Positions 40,346 through 53,446 of a stretch of 64,000 bases of DNA are shown piece after piece (position 1 is the first letter of the stretch; every line of letters starts with the position of its first letter). This stretch comes from Octopus vulgaris (Eukaryota): contig OX597825.1 of assembly GCA_951406725.2 (NCBI GenBank), positions 53,134,001 to 53,198,000 of the forward strand, read 5' to 3'. Made by a program: the position numbers and the translations under genes. The notes under the pieces are model-generated. The model saw only the letters and a list, made by a program, of their open reading frames with translations. It made no database searches and had not been told where the DNA came from.

Positions 40346-40700
40346 TACTACAATTTTGTTAAACTACTTGTAAGATTCCAGCATAATAACTGTATTAGAC
40401 GTCAGCAATCTATGCCTTTCCTATTATTACGAGAACGAATTTTGTATTGAAATCACCAACGAAATTAATGATGAGTTCCTATGAATTCAACATTCATAAT
40501 CAGTTTTCAATAACCTAGGAAATTTAGCTTCTGATATTTTCATAATTATTAGAATATCTACGCAAGAAGATAATACTATAGTTGTTATATTGCCTCAACA
40601 GAATAAATTCCAGCAATGTATGTTTGAAGCCATAATCTCACTTTGTACAAATGATTAGAGAAAATATTTCGAACTCATTCCTAGAAGGAAACCGATATTT
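40346..40700 (+). repeat. Dispersed repeat, inverted homologue of 35913-36240
   Basis: See the partner feature; abuts the mariner insertion at 40707. Confidence 0.8.
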
Positions 40701-40708
40701 CTCTTATA

Positions 40709-41974
40709 CGAGGGGCGTTCAATAAGTAATGCCCCTGACCCACTTCCCATAGTAGTAGAGCAACGAAACTTGGCACAGTTATTAGTCTTTTTCTACATAG
40801 GAACAACCCAGAGTTACGCATTTCTCCCATTGTTTGATGCAGCTCTGGAGACCGTTTTTGTAGAAGACCCCAGCTTGGTCCTCCAACCTCAACGTGACTT
40901 CAGAAATCAAGGCTGCATCATCTGGGAAACGCTTTCCTTTCAAAAACAACTTCATGACTGGGAAGAGGTGAAAATCAGAGGGTGCAAGGTCAGGAAAGTA
41001 GGGGGATGGGGGAGGAGTTCATAGCCATACGCCTGTGCTTCTGATCTGACGACAAGCGAGTTGTGGACCGGAGCGTTGTCCTGCAGGAGGAGGATGCCTT
41101 TGCTGATCTTGCCCCGCCTCTTGATTTTGATAACTTCTCTTAATTTCCTCAAAAGTGAAGCATAATAGGCTCCTGCAATTGTGGTAGCCTTTGCCAAGAA
41201 ATCTGTCATCACTACTCCGTCCTGGTCCCAGAAGACTGTGAGCATGACCCTGCCAGCGGAGAGCTGCACCCCTACCTTCTTTGGAGGGGGTGAGTCACGG
41301 TGCTTCCACTGCATTGACTGGGATTTGGTCTCTGGATCATCGTGATGGGCCCAGGTTTCATCCTGTGTAATCAGTCTTTTGAAAAATTTTGACTCATCTT
41401 CTTGGCACATCTCCAAATTCACCCTCGAGCACTCGACGCGTTCTTGCTTCTGGAAAAGCGTGAGCAACCTGGAAATCCATCTGGCAGACACCTTTTGCAT
41501 ATGCAAATGGTCATGAATGATAGTTTCCACAGACCCGGTACTAATCTTGACCTCATGGGCTATTTGGCGAATAATTATGCGTCGATCTTCCAAAATGGCA
41601 GCCTCAACTTGACTGACAGATGCCTCATCAATGGCAGAAGGGGCGACCAGATCTGGGAGCTGTTTCCACAGAGTTCCGACCATGTTTGAATTCACGATGC
41701 CAGCGTTTTACAAGGTCATATAATGGGGCATCATCACCATAAGTTACTTTCATTTCATCAAAAGTCTCCCGTGGTGTGCCTTCTTTCAAATACAAAAACC
41801 GGATCACTGCTCGACACTCAACAGGCTCCATTTCACACTTGACTCGGTTCAAACACCTGTAAATCAGAAACCACAATTAATTCAGAGCTGTAACTTGCCA
41901 CTTACTCCATAGAGATATAAATGATTGCACAACTGCAAAGTGGGTCAGAGGCATTACTTATTGAACGTCCCTCG
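40709..41974 (-). mobile_element. Full-length mariner transposon (1266 bp, DD34D, irritans/Himar1-like) with frameshifted transposase
   Basis: TA TSDs at 40707-08 and 41975-76; near-perfect TIRs cgagggg/acgttcaataagtaatgcc.ctgacccactt. ATG 41831 MEPVECRAVIRFL; WISRLL, QDETW, QDNAP and PDLAPSDFHLFP; frameshifts near 41630 and 41000. Confidence 0.97.
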
Positions 41975-42231
41975 TAATTCTTTTAATTGTCTCAGTAAGA
42001 GATTGAGTCTTGTTGTGGCACCACCATTAAGGCTTTGGTTCAAGAAATCATCCCTGGGTAATTATTCTTTTCTTCATAGTCCGCTACATATCCTACCATG
42101 AACTTATTTACAAAATTTACTATATTAGATAGAAATGTATTTAATTTCTTAACAGAACATCTTCAGTCAGAGATATCAGATAATACAAATTTTACATCTG
42201 GATGAAACAGTTTACATAGTTTCCGTCGGCA

Positions 42232-42302
42232 GTCAGTCGTGAGATTCGAACTCACACCGCTGTGATGACAAGTCACGGGATTTCCCATCAAGCTAAATTG
42301 AA
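42232..42302 (-). pseudogene. tRNA-like sequence (tRNA pseudogene or isolated SINE head)
   Basis: Minus strand: tagcttgatggg (A-box), gtga-cttgtca-tcac (anticodon-like arm, loop centre UGU), gtgag-ttcgaat-ctcac (perfect T arm); acceptor stem degenerate. Confidence 0.55.
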
Positions 42303-42540
42303 CAGCGACAAATTCTGCAATTTTAGGATGTATAAATCTAGCTTTATAAGACGCTATCGTACGTTGAAAGTCAACAAAATTTGCTTTAGATGTGTTGAGA
42401 TGTATTGAACGATACAGATAATCTTCTTCTCAAACGCAGTAGAATGCTAGTAACATAGCATGAATAGGATACTCTATCCATATTTTAAAGAAAAATCTGT
42501 AGGCGGCTAGTAATGAGACTGGAACTCACACCCTTGTGAA

Positions 42541-42702
<162 letters not shown>

Positions 42703-43507
42703 TACACTCATTCATGCGTACACATACACGTATATATTTATTTATATATGAATTTGTGTTGCCAGATTCCTGGTGTGAAACCGTGTGTTGAAACAGATAT
42801 TGTACTTCGGGATGATTTTTTTCTTTTTTGCACTCTCAAAAATATAATAATAATAATAATGACCATCCCGATATTGAAGAGTATATATATATATATATAT
42901 CAATACAAAATACAGGCATGTATAGAAAAGCATGTACATGTGCTGATTAAGATGGATATAAACAAGTTTAAGCCTGTGTATTTTTACAAATATACATACA
43001 TAAAAAACACGTTCTCATATACAAGTTCACATACACTCAGACACATAGCTGTACGTACGCACATACGCACACATGCGCGTACACACATACACACACAAAC
43101 ACACATGTATATATATAACACGTACACACATACCTATACTCGTATACATACATAGGCACATACATATTTCTTTAAATCCTGTAGTTTTGCACAATAAAAT
43201 CTATGCGTGTATGTTTGGATGTAAGTGTGTAGATTTTTCTGAGTGTCTACTCATACATACATTTTAAGGATATTGTTTTCTGTTATTTTTATTATTATTA
43301 TTATGTTGCTCTATGTTACTTACTAAAGTTTTATACGCACATATCAATAATTCCTCTTTCCCCATGACAAAGTACGATTTTATATATTTGTTTATTAATA
43401 CATTTGTTATATATACATCTGTAAATTTTCTATCGTGTCAAAATTTCATGTAACCATTTTTTCGTCTTTAAGTCTATATATGTATATATGTATGTCTGTC
43501 TATACAT

Positions 43508-44814
43508 AGGAGAAGATACCCCCACCAAAGAACCCCCGGGAATTTTGCAATATTATTTTATTCACTTTATGTGTTTATATTTTTATCACTATCAGATTGT
43601 TCTCCATCTGGAGCAATGCATTAGTCCAGATGGGTTTTCCACTGTTCGAAGCAGTTCTGGAACTCTTGCGATGTGATGCCTTTTTTACGCATCCGACGTT
43701 TTTTCTCCACTTCTTCCACATTTGCGAAACATTTTCCTTTAAGGGCATTTTTCGTTCGGGTGAACAAAAAAACAAATGTCGCAGAGAGGGTGGATAAGTG
43801 TGTTCATGTCATTTTGATCAAAAATTATCTAACACTCATAGGCACATTATTCTCACACTCATAGGCACATTGTCGTGTTGAAGCCACCACTCTCCACTTT
43901 GCCTCAGGTCGGGACGTTTTTGTCTCTCCGTGTCTCGCGAACGCTTCAGTACTGCCAAGTAAAATATCTGGTTAATATTTTGATCGGGAGGGAAAAATAC
44001 TGGATTGAGAATTCCTTTCCCATCAATTAAACAAATCGGTGGCATCTTGACATTGGACTTAACTTCATGCGCTCTTTTGGGGATGGTGACATTGAATGCT
44101 ACCATTGTCATGATTGCGGCTCCGTTTCCGGGTCGTAGCTGTAGCAGCAGCTTTCTTCACTAGTGATAACCTTTGAAAAAAGGTCCAGATCAACTTCCAA
44201 CTGTTCTTTCAGTTCACGATACGCATTTAGTCGTGACTGCTTTTGATCTTTCATGAGGCACAAATTTTGATGCAACTCTTTTCATTCGCAATTCCTGGCT
44301 TGAAATTCGTTGAAAAGAGCTCCACGACACACCAGTAATATCAACAACCACGTCAATTATTCGGCGACGGTCCTCCAAGAGTAGTTCATGGATTTTCCTG
44401 ATGTTTTTCATTCGTTCGGAAGATCGACGGTCGCCCTGAACGAAGTTGGTATTCAAGTAAGAAGTGACCATTCCTAAAGCGTTAAAATCTCTCGTAAACT
44501 TGTGTTTTCCTCTTGGCAACGGCCTCGAAAAATATCTGAAGCATGAAAACCGTTTGGGCCATTGTTTTACCCAGCAGTAAACAGAATTTCACAGAAGGAC
44601 TTTATACCTTCGTTAGAGCCATCGCAAAAATCAACGAACAGGGCAGAAGCACTGCAAAACAAAGACACACCATACGGCAGTCAAATTCACCCAATAACAC
44701 CGGTCCTCAGTCTGATGACTAAAAGGCGCACCAAGTGTGTTCCTTAGCGGCAGAAGTCTGAACTACAACTTGCCCCACAGAGAAAGTTTCTGGCTACTTT
44801 TCGGTAACCCCTTA
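43508..44814 (-). mobile_element. Degenerate mariner transposon
   Basis: LLEDRRR..ELRMKRVASKFVPH, YSYDPET, KSNVKM and WWLQHDNVP; right end TA|TAAGGGGTTACCGAAAAGT; left TIR degenerate. Confidence 0.88.
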
Positions 44815-45034
44815 TATGTAGGTGTGTGCATTTGTGTGTGTATGCATATATATAAATATATATCTTTATGTGTGTGTGTATGTGTGTTTCATATATATAT
44901 GCATATATTTGTATTTGTGCAGATGAACAAATATATGTGAGCGTGCGTGTGTATTGATATATAAGATTATGTTCTTATGCACCAATATTTGTAAAAATAT
45001 ACCTGCGTAAACTTAGGTAGATCCATCTAAATCG

Positions 45035-45108
<74 letters not shown>

Positions 45109-45135
45109 ATAGATAAATATATATATAGATAGATT

Positions 45136-45218
<83 letters not shown>

Positions 45219-45253
45219 TAATGCTTCATTAAAAAGTAGCAAATATATAAAAA

Positions 45254-45299
45254 AAAACTGTTACTCAGAGGTTCACGTTCCCGTTCGTCGGATAGTTTT
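45254..45299 (-). ncRNA. Degenerate minimal type I hammerhead ribozyme motif
   Basis: AAAACUAU-CCGACGA-ACG-GGAA-CGU-GAAC-CUC-U-GAG-UA-ACAGUUUU: stems I, II and III all present; core deviates at U4C and A15.1C. Confidence 0.6.
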
Positions 45300-45670
45300 G
45301 TTTCGAATAGAACAAACATAAGTTTATAAGCAAATACGTACAATTAGTTTAATGGATGCAAATTTGAAAATGATTTTGTTTCATTGGTCCTTTCAACTAA
45401 CGGTGTTTACACTAACCGGTTGTGTGAAATGAGCAAAATTCGGTATAAAATCATCTTATTATAAAATCGGAGAAAACCTTAAATTCAAAATAGCTTATAA
45501 AGAAGGACAGAGTCAAAATATCCAGGGTACATAATTATTTGTAAAATGTTAGTCAGTAAATACATTAAAAGTTATTTCCGTTTAAAAAGCATGTTCACGT
45601 TGGATTTCATATACATTTAGCAGTATATGCACATACCATACCATCTATTATATATATATATATATATATT

Positions 45671-46360
45671 TAATCAATATAGGGTGGCAAAAAAAAAATT
45701 TTGTAGAATTCTTTTGCCACCAGCGGCCTAGTGGGAAAAAATTAAATAGTCATAGACCATTTTTAAGTTCAACATCAACAATCAAGGAACGGCCATAATA
45801 GGCCATTCACCCACTAGAAATAACAGCCAAAGCTTCAACCGCAAATAAAAATTAATTCCGTAAACCAGGAGAAAATTTAAAAAACATTTACCCTGTAATT
45901 TCTTATACGATATACCGTTTCATCTGCTGATTAATGGTAAACTAACCTGATTAAATTAAATCAAGCCAATCTTCCAAAGGCCCTCAGATTCTTCAGTAAG
46001 AAATAGCCCAAGTCGGAACAGATATTTTCACGAGGCATTTCCGACCTTGCCAAGCTTATATCTGACCTAAAATTTTCAAATCGTCGCACTCGCGCCAAAT
46101 TTATCGGCAGCAAATAAATATAAGCCGTCGATTCCATTACGGAATTAACCAGAAAATTCATAATTAATCAATATAGGGTGGCCAAAAAAATTTTGTAGAA
46201 TTCTTTTGCCACCAGCGGCCTAGTGGGAAAAAATTAAATAGTCATAGACCATTTTTAAGTTCAACATCAACAATATAATAGGCCATTATAAAATAGCTTC
46301 ACCGCAAATAAAAATATTCCGTAAACCAGGAGAAAATTTAAAAAACATTTACCCTGTAAT
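45671..46360. repeat. About 1.5-copy tandem or direct-repeat element (period 493 bp) between (TA)n tracts
   Basis: 45671-45900 is repeated at 46164-46360, nearly identical for the first 105 bp, then with deletions. Confidence 0.9.
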
Positions 46361-46380
46361 ATATATCTGTAATTTCTGTA

Positions 46381-46443
<63 letters not shown>

Positions 46444-46491
46444 AACCATACTGACGGGCAAGACATAAATATATATACAAATGCATACATA

Positions 46492-46535
<44 letters not shown>

Positions 46536-46539
46536 TATC

Positions 46540-46613
<74 letters not shown>

Positions 46614-46615
<2 letters not shown>

Positions 46616-46972
46616 CGCAGGAGTGGCTGTGTGGTAAGTAGCTTGTTTACCAACCACATGGTTCCGGGTTCAGTCCGACTGCGTGGCACCTTGGGCAAGT
46701 GTCTTCTACTATAGCCTCGGGTCGACCAAAGCCTTGTGAGTGGATTTGGTATGCGGAAACTGAAAGAAGCCCGTCGTATATATGTATATATATATATATG
46801 CGTGTCTGTGTTTGTCCCCCTAGCATTGCTTGACAACCGATGCTGGTGTGTTTATAGAATAAGTACTCGGCTTACAAAAGAATAAGACCCGGGGTCGAGT
46901 TGCTCGATTAAAGGCGGTGCTCCAGCATGGACGCAGTCAAATGACTGAAACCAGTAAAAGAGAGTAAAGAGT
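46614..46972 (+). mobile_element. tRNA-derived SINE family A, full length
   Basis: ggcgcaggagtggctgtgtggtaag (A-box), gggttcagtcc (B-box), ccttgggcaagt (CORE-like), internal (TA)n, 3' hairpin cagtcaaatgactg and gtaaaaga repeats. Confidence 0.92.
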
Positions 46973-48429
46973 ATATAACAGAATGCAAAAAACGGGACAA
47001 GAACGCAACAGGCGACAACAAAACGCCCAGACAGCTAGATGATACAAAAGGGACAAGAAAAAATAAGAATGGGTCGTTCGGTGTTTTCTTTCTGCAGTCG
47101 AGTTCCAGATTACTTTGGCAGTTTCCGCTGGTTCTACTACAATCTGGCCGGCCCAAAGGAAAATCTAAGTTAAGAGCACTAGATTCCTTGGAAGAAAGCA
47201 GCGAATGTATACGAAGACAAGGACGGAAAAAACGGAGAAGTGGTATACAAATGCAAATGCAAACAACAGGACATTAACAATAGGGGTCTTTCGACTAAGG
47301 ACGAAATAAATTAAGCTGGCGTGTGTGGAGGTGATGCCTTACGGCAGTGACATGTGAGATGACAGGCATGGGGAGAAATATAGATGTTGAATGGATGGTA
47401 GTTGAACCAAGAAAGAAATGTCAGGGTTGGCAGAACAACGGTCACGTGGAAGGAGATGAGACAAGTAGAAGCAGAAGGATAGCAGAATTAGGAAGGTACG
47501 AGAAAAAAAGAAAAAGGACATATATATATATATATGCACACATGCATGCGCATATCTCCCGGCACATGTTCTTACAAGTTAGTTGTTACAGGCGAAAGAA
47601 AGAGAAAGAAAAATCAGTATGGTAAGGCGGAAGAAAACAGTGGAGAAGAAAAAGAAAATAAAGGGAAGAAAGTTAAACAGAGAACTAGAGAGAGAAAGGG
47701 GTGAAATAGATAGGGGCAGAGGATGCTACGTAATGACGCCCGAAAGTAACCATCAACATTTGGATACTTCATAGAACTTGCAAAATGAACACATAAAAAC
47801 GCACGCAAAAATCATATTTATATCTACACAAGTATAAATTTGCATACAAATATACACACGTATAGATACGCAAACAAATATACAAAAAAATATAAATATA
47901 TGTACGCAAATAGATGATCACATATATAAAAGTATACACACATATACATACACATATATGCATGCGTATATATATATGTATATATACACATACAAACGCG
48001 CATATATATACGTACACACTCATACATGCATATACATACCTACAAAACATACATACAATAAATATATAGGGGCACATCTACATCACAACGTATATATATA
48101 AAAAATCTTTAAAAAATACTGTTCGGTGTGTATAATATTAAAATAAATAAATTGTACATTAATTTGATGTAACATAATTAAATGCGTGAATAAAAATAAA
48201 AATAGAAATAAAATAATAAAATTAAATCTCGGTAAAGCTCAAGTTTAAAATTAAATTTGAATTTATAAACAGTCGAAGGTTTTCTTAAAAATGGAGTCGC
48301 AATTAGCGTTTCGATGCAAAATAACAATACTGTGTAAAGTCAAATTCAAATGCAATAGTCAAAAAGTATATTTCGAAAGTAAAAACATATTACCCATACG
48401 GTATTTTGTCGGTTGCAATTTGAAATTTT

Positions 48430-49330
48430 CTGTGGTGTGCCGGCAGGAATTTACGAGCTCGCGTCACTTATTCAAAGCGTTTTTATCCTGCAACAAGATG
48501 AAGAACTTCTCTGAGAGGCAAAGGTTACATTTCATAGGTCTTTTATAAGCTTCATGTCTGTATACTGATGTCTTTTTGAGAATTTTCCAGGTTATATTGA
48601 AAGGACGGATCTCATTCTGTTTCAATTCCCAGACATATTTTGCTGTCCTGTTCTCGGGGTATCAGAAATAATTTCTGTGGGAATAGAAGTGACTTTGGAT
48701 GAATTCTCTGAAGCCCCTGTATAAGTTTTATACTCTTGCGAGCCCGTTCGCTTCAAGAATACAGTAGATTTGACAAGAAGCACAGCTTCACTTGGACACA
48801 TACTTTGAAGGCTATGCGTTTGCAATCCAGAAACAGGAAATTGCCACAAAGTGAACAAGAAAGAGACAGTGACGCTCTTTTAATCCCAAGGTGCAACCGC
48901 ATGTGTTGGCTTTGTTATGGCATACATTCCTAAACACCCACTCAAGGGATACTGGTGGAATATTCCCATCAAAACTTCTGTCAAATGTAAACATAACAGG
49001 ACGGATATTGTTGTTTGGTACAGAGGTGTAAACGTATATACCGTCAAATAAGGTCATCAGCCCTGCAAATATAGATATCTGTTTGAAAATCAGAGAAAAA
49101 TAGAATATCTATGAAAAATTGCTTCGAAACCTCCAGCTTCTACATCCAGACTATGAAATTTTATTCCAACCAATAATAATAGCTCTTGTTTGTAAATGCT
49201 TAAAGGAGAATCTGGATCAAATGAGATTTTCAGAAAGTGGAATGAACCAGCTATTCGTACATTAAAAGTGCACTCCGTCGGCGGAACAGTAAAACTGTGC
49301 AAGACTTTTCTCAAGTTCCAATGTGAATTT
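48430..49330 (+). mobile_element. RLE-type (R2/R4-group) LINE 3' fragment
   Basis: YWWNIPIKTSVKCKHNRTDIVVW, KIREK*NIYEKLLRNLQLLHPDY, QPIII and GTVKLCKTFLKF. Confidence 0.75.
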
Positions 49331-49425
49331 GTCTGTGTTAACTACATTACAAAGATGAAGCCTTGTTCTTTTTTGGAAGCCGGCTCCCTCGTCAATGGAA
49401 GATTTATAATCATTAAGAAACAGAA

Positions 49426-49467
<42 letters not shown>

Positions 49468-49468
<1 letters not shown>

Positions 49469-50710
49469 GGGGAGGTGCTGATGTCCAGCGTGTCTGATAT
49501 AGGCACACTTGGAAGAGTGGGGTTATCAGGGATTTTGGCATTCTTCCCAAGGAGGTTTTTAAAATGGGTTGACAAATTTTCTAAACGCTTCTTAGCTGAT
49601 CCCCCTTTAATTTTAATTGATGACCCATAATTTTTGCCTGATAGGTCTTTGATGGATTTCCAGGCGAGATGGTGTTTTTTACTAATGTGCTCTTTGGATA
49701 GTTTACTAATTTAGCCATTGATAAAGTCGACCTCGGCATTCAAGTAAGCCTCATCAAGATTCTTCTTGGCAGCTATGAGTTAGATCTTCAGTGACTGGGA
49801 TGGAGAACGGTGGTAAGCTAGTGATATAGACTTTAGATGGTTTCTGGCTTCGATGACATTTGGGGAATTAGAAGGTTTGCTCTGGCTCCTACTCTTCTTT
49901 TTGGGAAGAGTAGCCAGTGCAACTTCCTCTGTTGATTTGATGAGGCTGCTGTATACTTCTTCAATGTTCTCAGCATCTATTTCAGAAGTAGACAGAGATT
50001 GAAATGTGTTATAGACCTCAATAGTAAATTGTTTGGAAATATCGGTGTTAGATAAGACTTCCTCCCAGTCGATCGTTTTCATCGGGTGAGGCTTAGCTTT
50101 TTTGGATGAGCGAAGACTAAGCTTAATGGTAGCTGATACAATTCTGTTGTCAGAGCCGACAGAACTAAAGGAAGAGTAGGATCTCGAGTTGTTAACACTA
50201 TTGCGCCATTTCTTTCGAAAGATGAAGTAGTCAATTTGTGCCCTATCACCAAGTGGGGACTCAAATGTCCAAAGTTGACCTTTTGGTTTCATAAAAGAAT
50301 TGTTGGAGGTGTAGAGATTAAATTCCTCCAAGAAGTCTTTGAGCATTTCTCCATTCCGATTAGTTTTAGAGTTGAAAGTAAACTTGGTCTCATCGGGTCC
50401 TAGTCTAGCATTCAGATCACCAGCTATAACTAGAAAATTATGGAGAGGTACTTGCTCAATGGTTGAACGAAGGTTGTATAAAAATTCTCAATCTCGTCTG
50501 CTACAGACGAATTATGTGGGCTATACACACATACCAATGTTGTTTTCGGGTTTCCATCTATCTCAAGCACCATAATTCTAGGTGAGATTGACTCTATACT
50601 CAAGAGAGTATCACTGGCTTTTGATGAAAGTAGAAATCCGATACCTCCAACTGTTGAATTAACAGTATTCTTTGATGCTGAGGAGGTTACAAGTTGATAA
50701 GATGGTATTT
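49468..50710 (-). mobile_element. RTE-group LINE fragment: APE endonuclease and linker, RT absent
   Basis: GGIGFLLS, VCVYSPHN, IAGDLNARLG, NRNGEML, WTFESP.G.RAQIDY and SVGSDNRIV. Confidence 0.9.
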
Positions 50711-50739
50711 GAGGATGTTGTCCTCAGTACAGTAGGGTC

Positions 50740-51505
50740 AGTTGGGCACCGTGTTTGAGGAAAACAGCACCATGATGCAATTCACTCAGCCAGAAATTTT
50801 GAAATGGCATGCTGTACTGCTTTGCATTTGCGCCGGAAGTCCCAATAAGAACATTTCAGAATATGCGGGTGTGAATCTGAGGAAAGTGCAATCTGAGGAC
50901 ATATACTGAGAGTGATAAAAATCAAGCACCAGTCAACGTGATGGTTATTAGAATGATCACTACTGATGGCCACGTTAGGCCACCATTCATCTCCCTATAC
51001 GGCCTTACAATCAACACTGAGCCCTACATCAAGTACCTGGAGGAAGTAGCGCTATCCTGGATGAAGGGGATGGCTGTTAGAAGATCATATGTCTGTCAAC
51101 AGCAATCTGCACCAAACCACACAAGCACGACAACCCAGTAATGGCTGTCAGGCAATTTCTCCGACCACATCACCCGTAATATCTGGCCACCTAACTCCTC
51201 AGACTGCAACCTCCTTGATTCTTATGTGAAGGGTACAGTTGGGTGAAAGACACACAAAACTCCTTGTAACACCGAAGATGAAATGAATGCATGGATTATG
51301 GCATATTTCACCAAATTAACAAGGAGAGTGTCCAGAAGATTTGCAGGAGATTCCGAAATTGTCTGGAGGTTGTGGTTAAAGCTAAAGGGGATTTTATTAA
51401 ATAAGTTTACTCTTCAGTAAGTGAAGATATTTTTTGGTAAATATATCTGTTAAAATGAGATGTTAGTATTACTTTCATTTTTGCGTAATTTACAACAACA
51501 GTCTC
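50740..51505 (+). mobile_element. Internally deleted DD37D (maT/Bmmar1-like) transposon
   Basis: VNVMVI..ITTDG, YVCQQQSAPNHTS..TQ*WL and IWPPNSSDCNLLDSYV; N-terminus joined directly to the catalytic region. Confidence 0.8.
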
Positions 51506-51577
51506 AATTATATACATATACATTATGCATATATGTATGTATGCATGTATACACACACATACTTATACATACATAAA

Positions 51578-53352
51578 TGTTCGTCCTTCGGGTTCGAAGA
51601 TGACCATTGACATCATTTGGTGGAATTGCTGCTATGAGACCGGAGGTGGCTGGTGAGACCAATCCGGGCAAGAAAGCCCTCCCACAAGTGGGGCAGAAGT
51701 GGGTAGAGGCTGTGCTATTGGTGCAGGTGGCTCTGGCTTTCTGCATCTGGCGTTTCTGTTCTGCTGACTGAATCCGTCTCTCCTCGGCTGTCTTTGTTCC
51801 TGTGGTGATTGCGCTGCGCCAGGATGAGCGGTCGGCAGTAAGTGACTCCCAAGTCTCTGTGCCGATGGAGAAGTCTTTGAGAGAGACTTTGAGACTGTCC
51901 TTGAAGCGCTTCTTCTGCCCTCCGACTTTGCGTTTGCCCTGGCTGAGTTCACCGTAGAAGAGCTGTTTTGGGATGCGAGTGTCGGACATGCGGGAGACGT
52001 GGCCTGCCCATCTCAGCTGGGCCTTGCGCATGATCGTGATGGTGCTAGGGAGATCTGCCTGCTTCAGAACTTCCGTGTCTGGGACTTTGTCCTGCCAGCG
52101 GATGTGAAGGAGGTTCCGAAGACACCTGAGGTGGAAGTGGTTTATCTGGCGCTCGTGCCTTCGGTAAGCAGTCCACGTCTCGCAGCCGTATAGTAGGGTG
52201 GTAAGCACGACGTCCCGGTGGACTTTCAGCTTAGTGTTGAGGCTGATTCCTCTCCGCTCCCAGACTTTCTTTCGCAGTCTCCCAAACGCGCTGCTTGCCT
52301 TGGAGATTCTGTTGATGATTTCAGTATCAATGTTGGCATTGCAGGAGAGAGTGCTGCCCAGGTAGGTGAAGTTTTCCACCGCTCGTAGGATCCGTCCGTT
52401 CACCTTTATCTGAGGCTCATGGTATTGTTTGCCGGGAGCTGGCTGAAATATCTCCTCGGTTTTCTTGGCACTGATGGTGAGACCGAAGTTGTCACAGGCT
52501 GATGAGAACCTGTCCATCCCGAGCTTCACCTCCTGCTCATCGATTGCGTTAAGGGCGCAGTCGTCAGCAAAGAGAAAGTCTCTGACGACTGTCTCCCTCA
52601 CCTTTGTGATGGCCTGCCATCTTCTGGAGTTGAAAAATTTCCCGTCCGTCCTGTACTTGATGACGATACCGGACTTGCAGTCCCTGAAGGCGTCGGACAG
52701 CATTGCCGAGAACATGATACTGAACAGTGTTGGTGCCAGGACACAGCCCTGCCTTACTCCGTTGGTCACCTGGAAGACTTCAGATGAGTTGCCGTCTTCA
52801 AGGACTCTGGCTGTCATTCGGTCGTGGAACTGGCGGACAATTGCAATAAATTTGTTTGGGCAACAAAATTTTCCCATGACCTTCAAGAGTCCCTCCCGAC
52901 TGACTGTATCGAAAGCCCTGGTGAGGTCAACAAAGATCATGCAGAGGTCAAGATGCTGCTCCATGAATTTTTCCTGGTGCTGGATGGCGGCGAATATCAT
53001 GTCAGTGGTCCCTCGATCCGCGCGGAAGCTACACTGGCTCTCAGGGTGAAGGCCTTGCACCAAGTGTTCCAGAATGCGGTCAAGCAGGACTCGGGCCAGG
53101 ATCTTGCCTGCTATGGACAAGAGGGAGATTCCTCGGTGGTTGTCGCAGGACTGCCGATCTCCTTTCCGCTTATAAATGTGGAAGATTGTTGCGTCCCGGA
53201 ATTCTTGAGGGAGTTGTTCCTTGTCCCACATCGACTGGAACAGGCTGGTGAGCTGACTCATCATGGTGGGGCCGCCCGACTTGAACACCTCTGCAGGGAT
53301 GGCGTCAGAGCCTGGAACTTTGCCGGTGGACATTTTTTTGATGGTTCTGCTC
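51578..53352 (-). mobile_element. 5'-truncated RTE-clade LINE with uninterrupted reverse-transcriptase frame
   Basis: ORF 51504-53378 contains PGSDAIPAE, RGISLLS, FVDLTRAFDTV, GVRQGCVLAP, FADD, FTYLGS and LRWAGHV. The C-terminal CPTC zinc finger is frameshifted near 51670; the ORF ends are microsatellite read-through. Confidence 0.97.
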
Positions 53353-53377
53353 ATACATACATACATACATACATACA

Positions 53378-53445
<68 letters not shown>

Positions 53446-53446
<1 letters not shown>

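Noticed and set aside
42232-42302. Functional tRNA-Thr(UGU) gene
   Set aside because: The acceptor and D stems do not pair properly; listed only as a pseudogene or SINE head.
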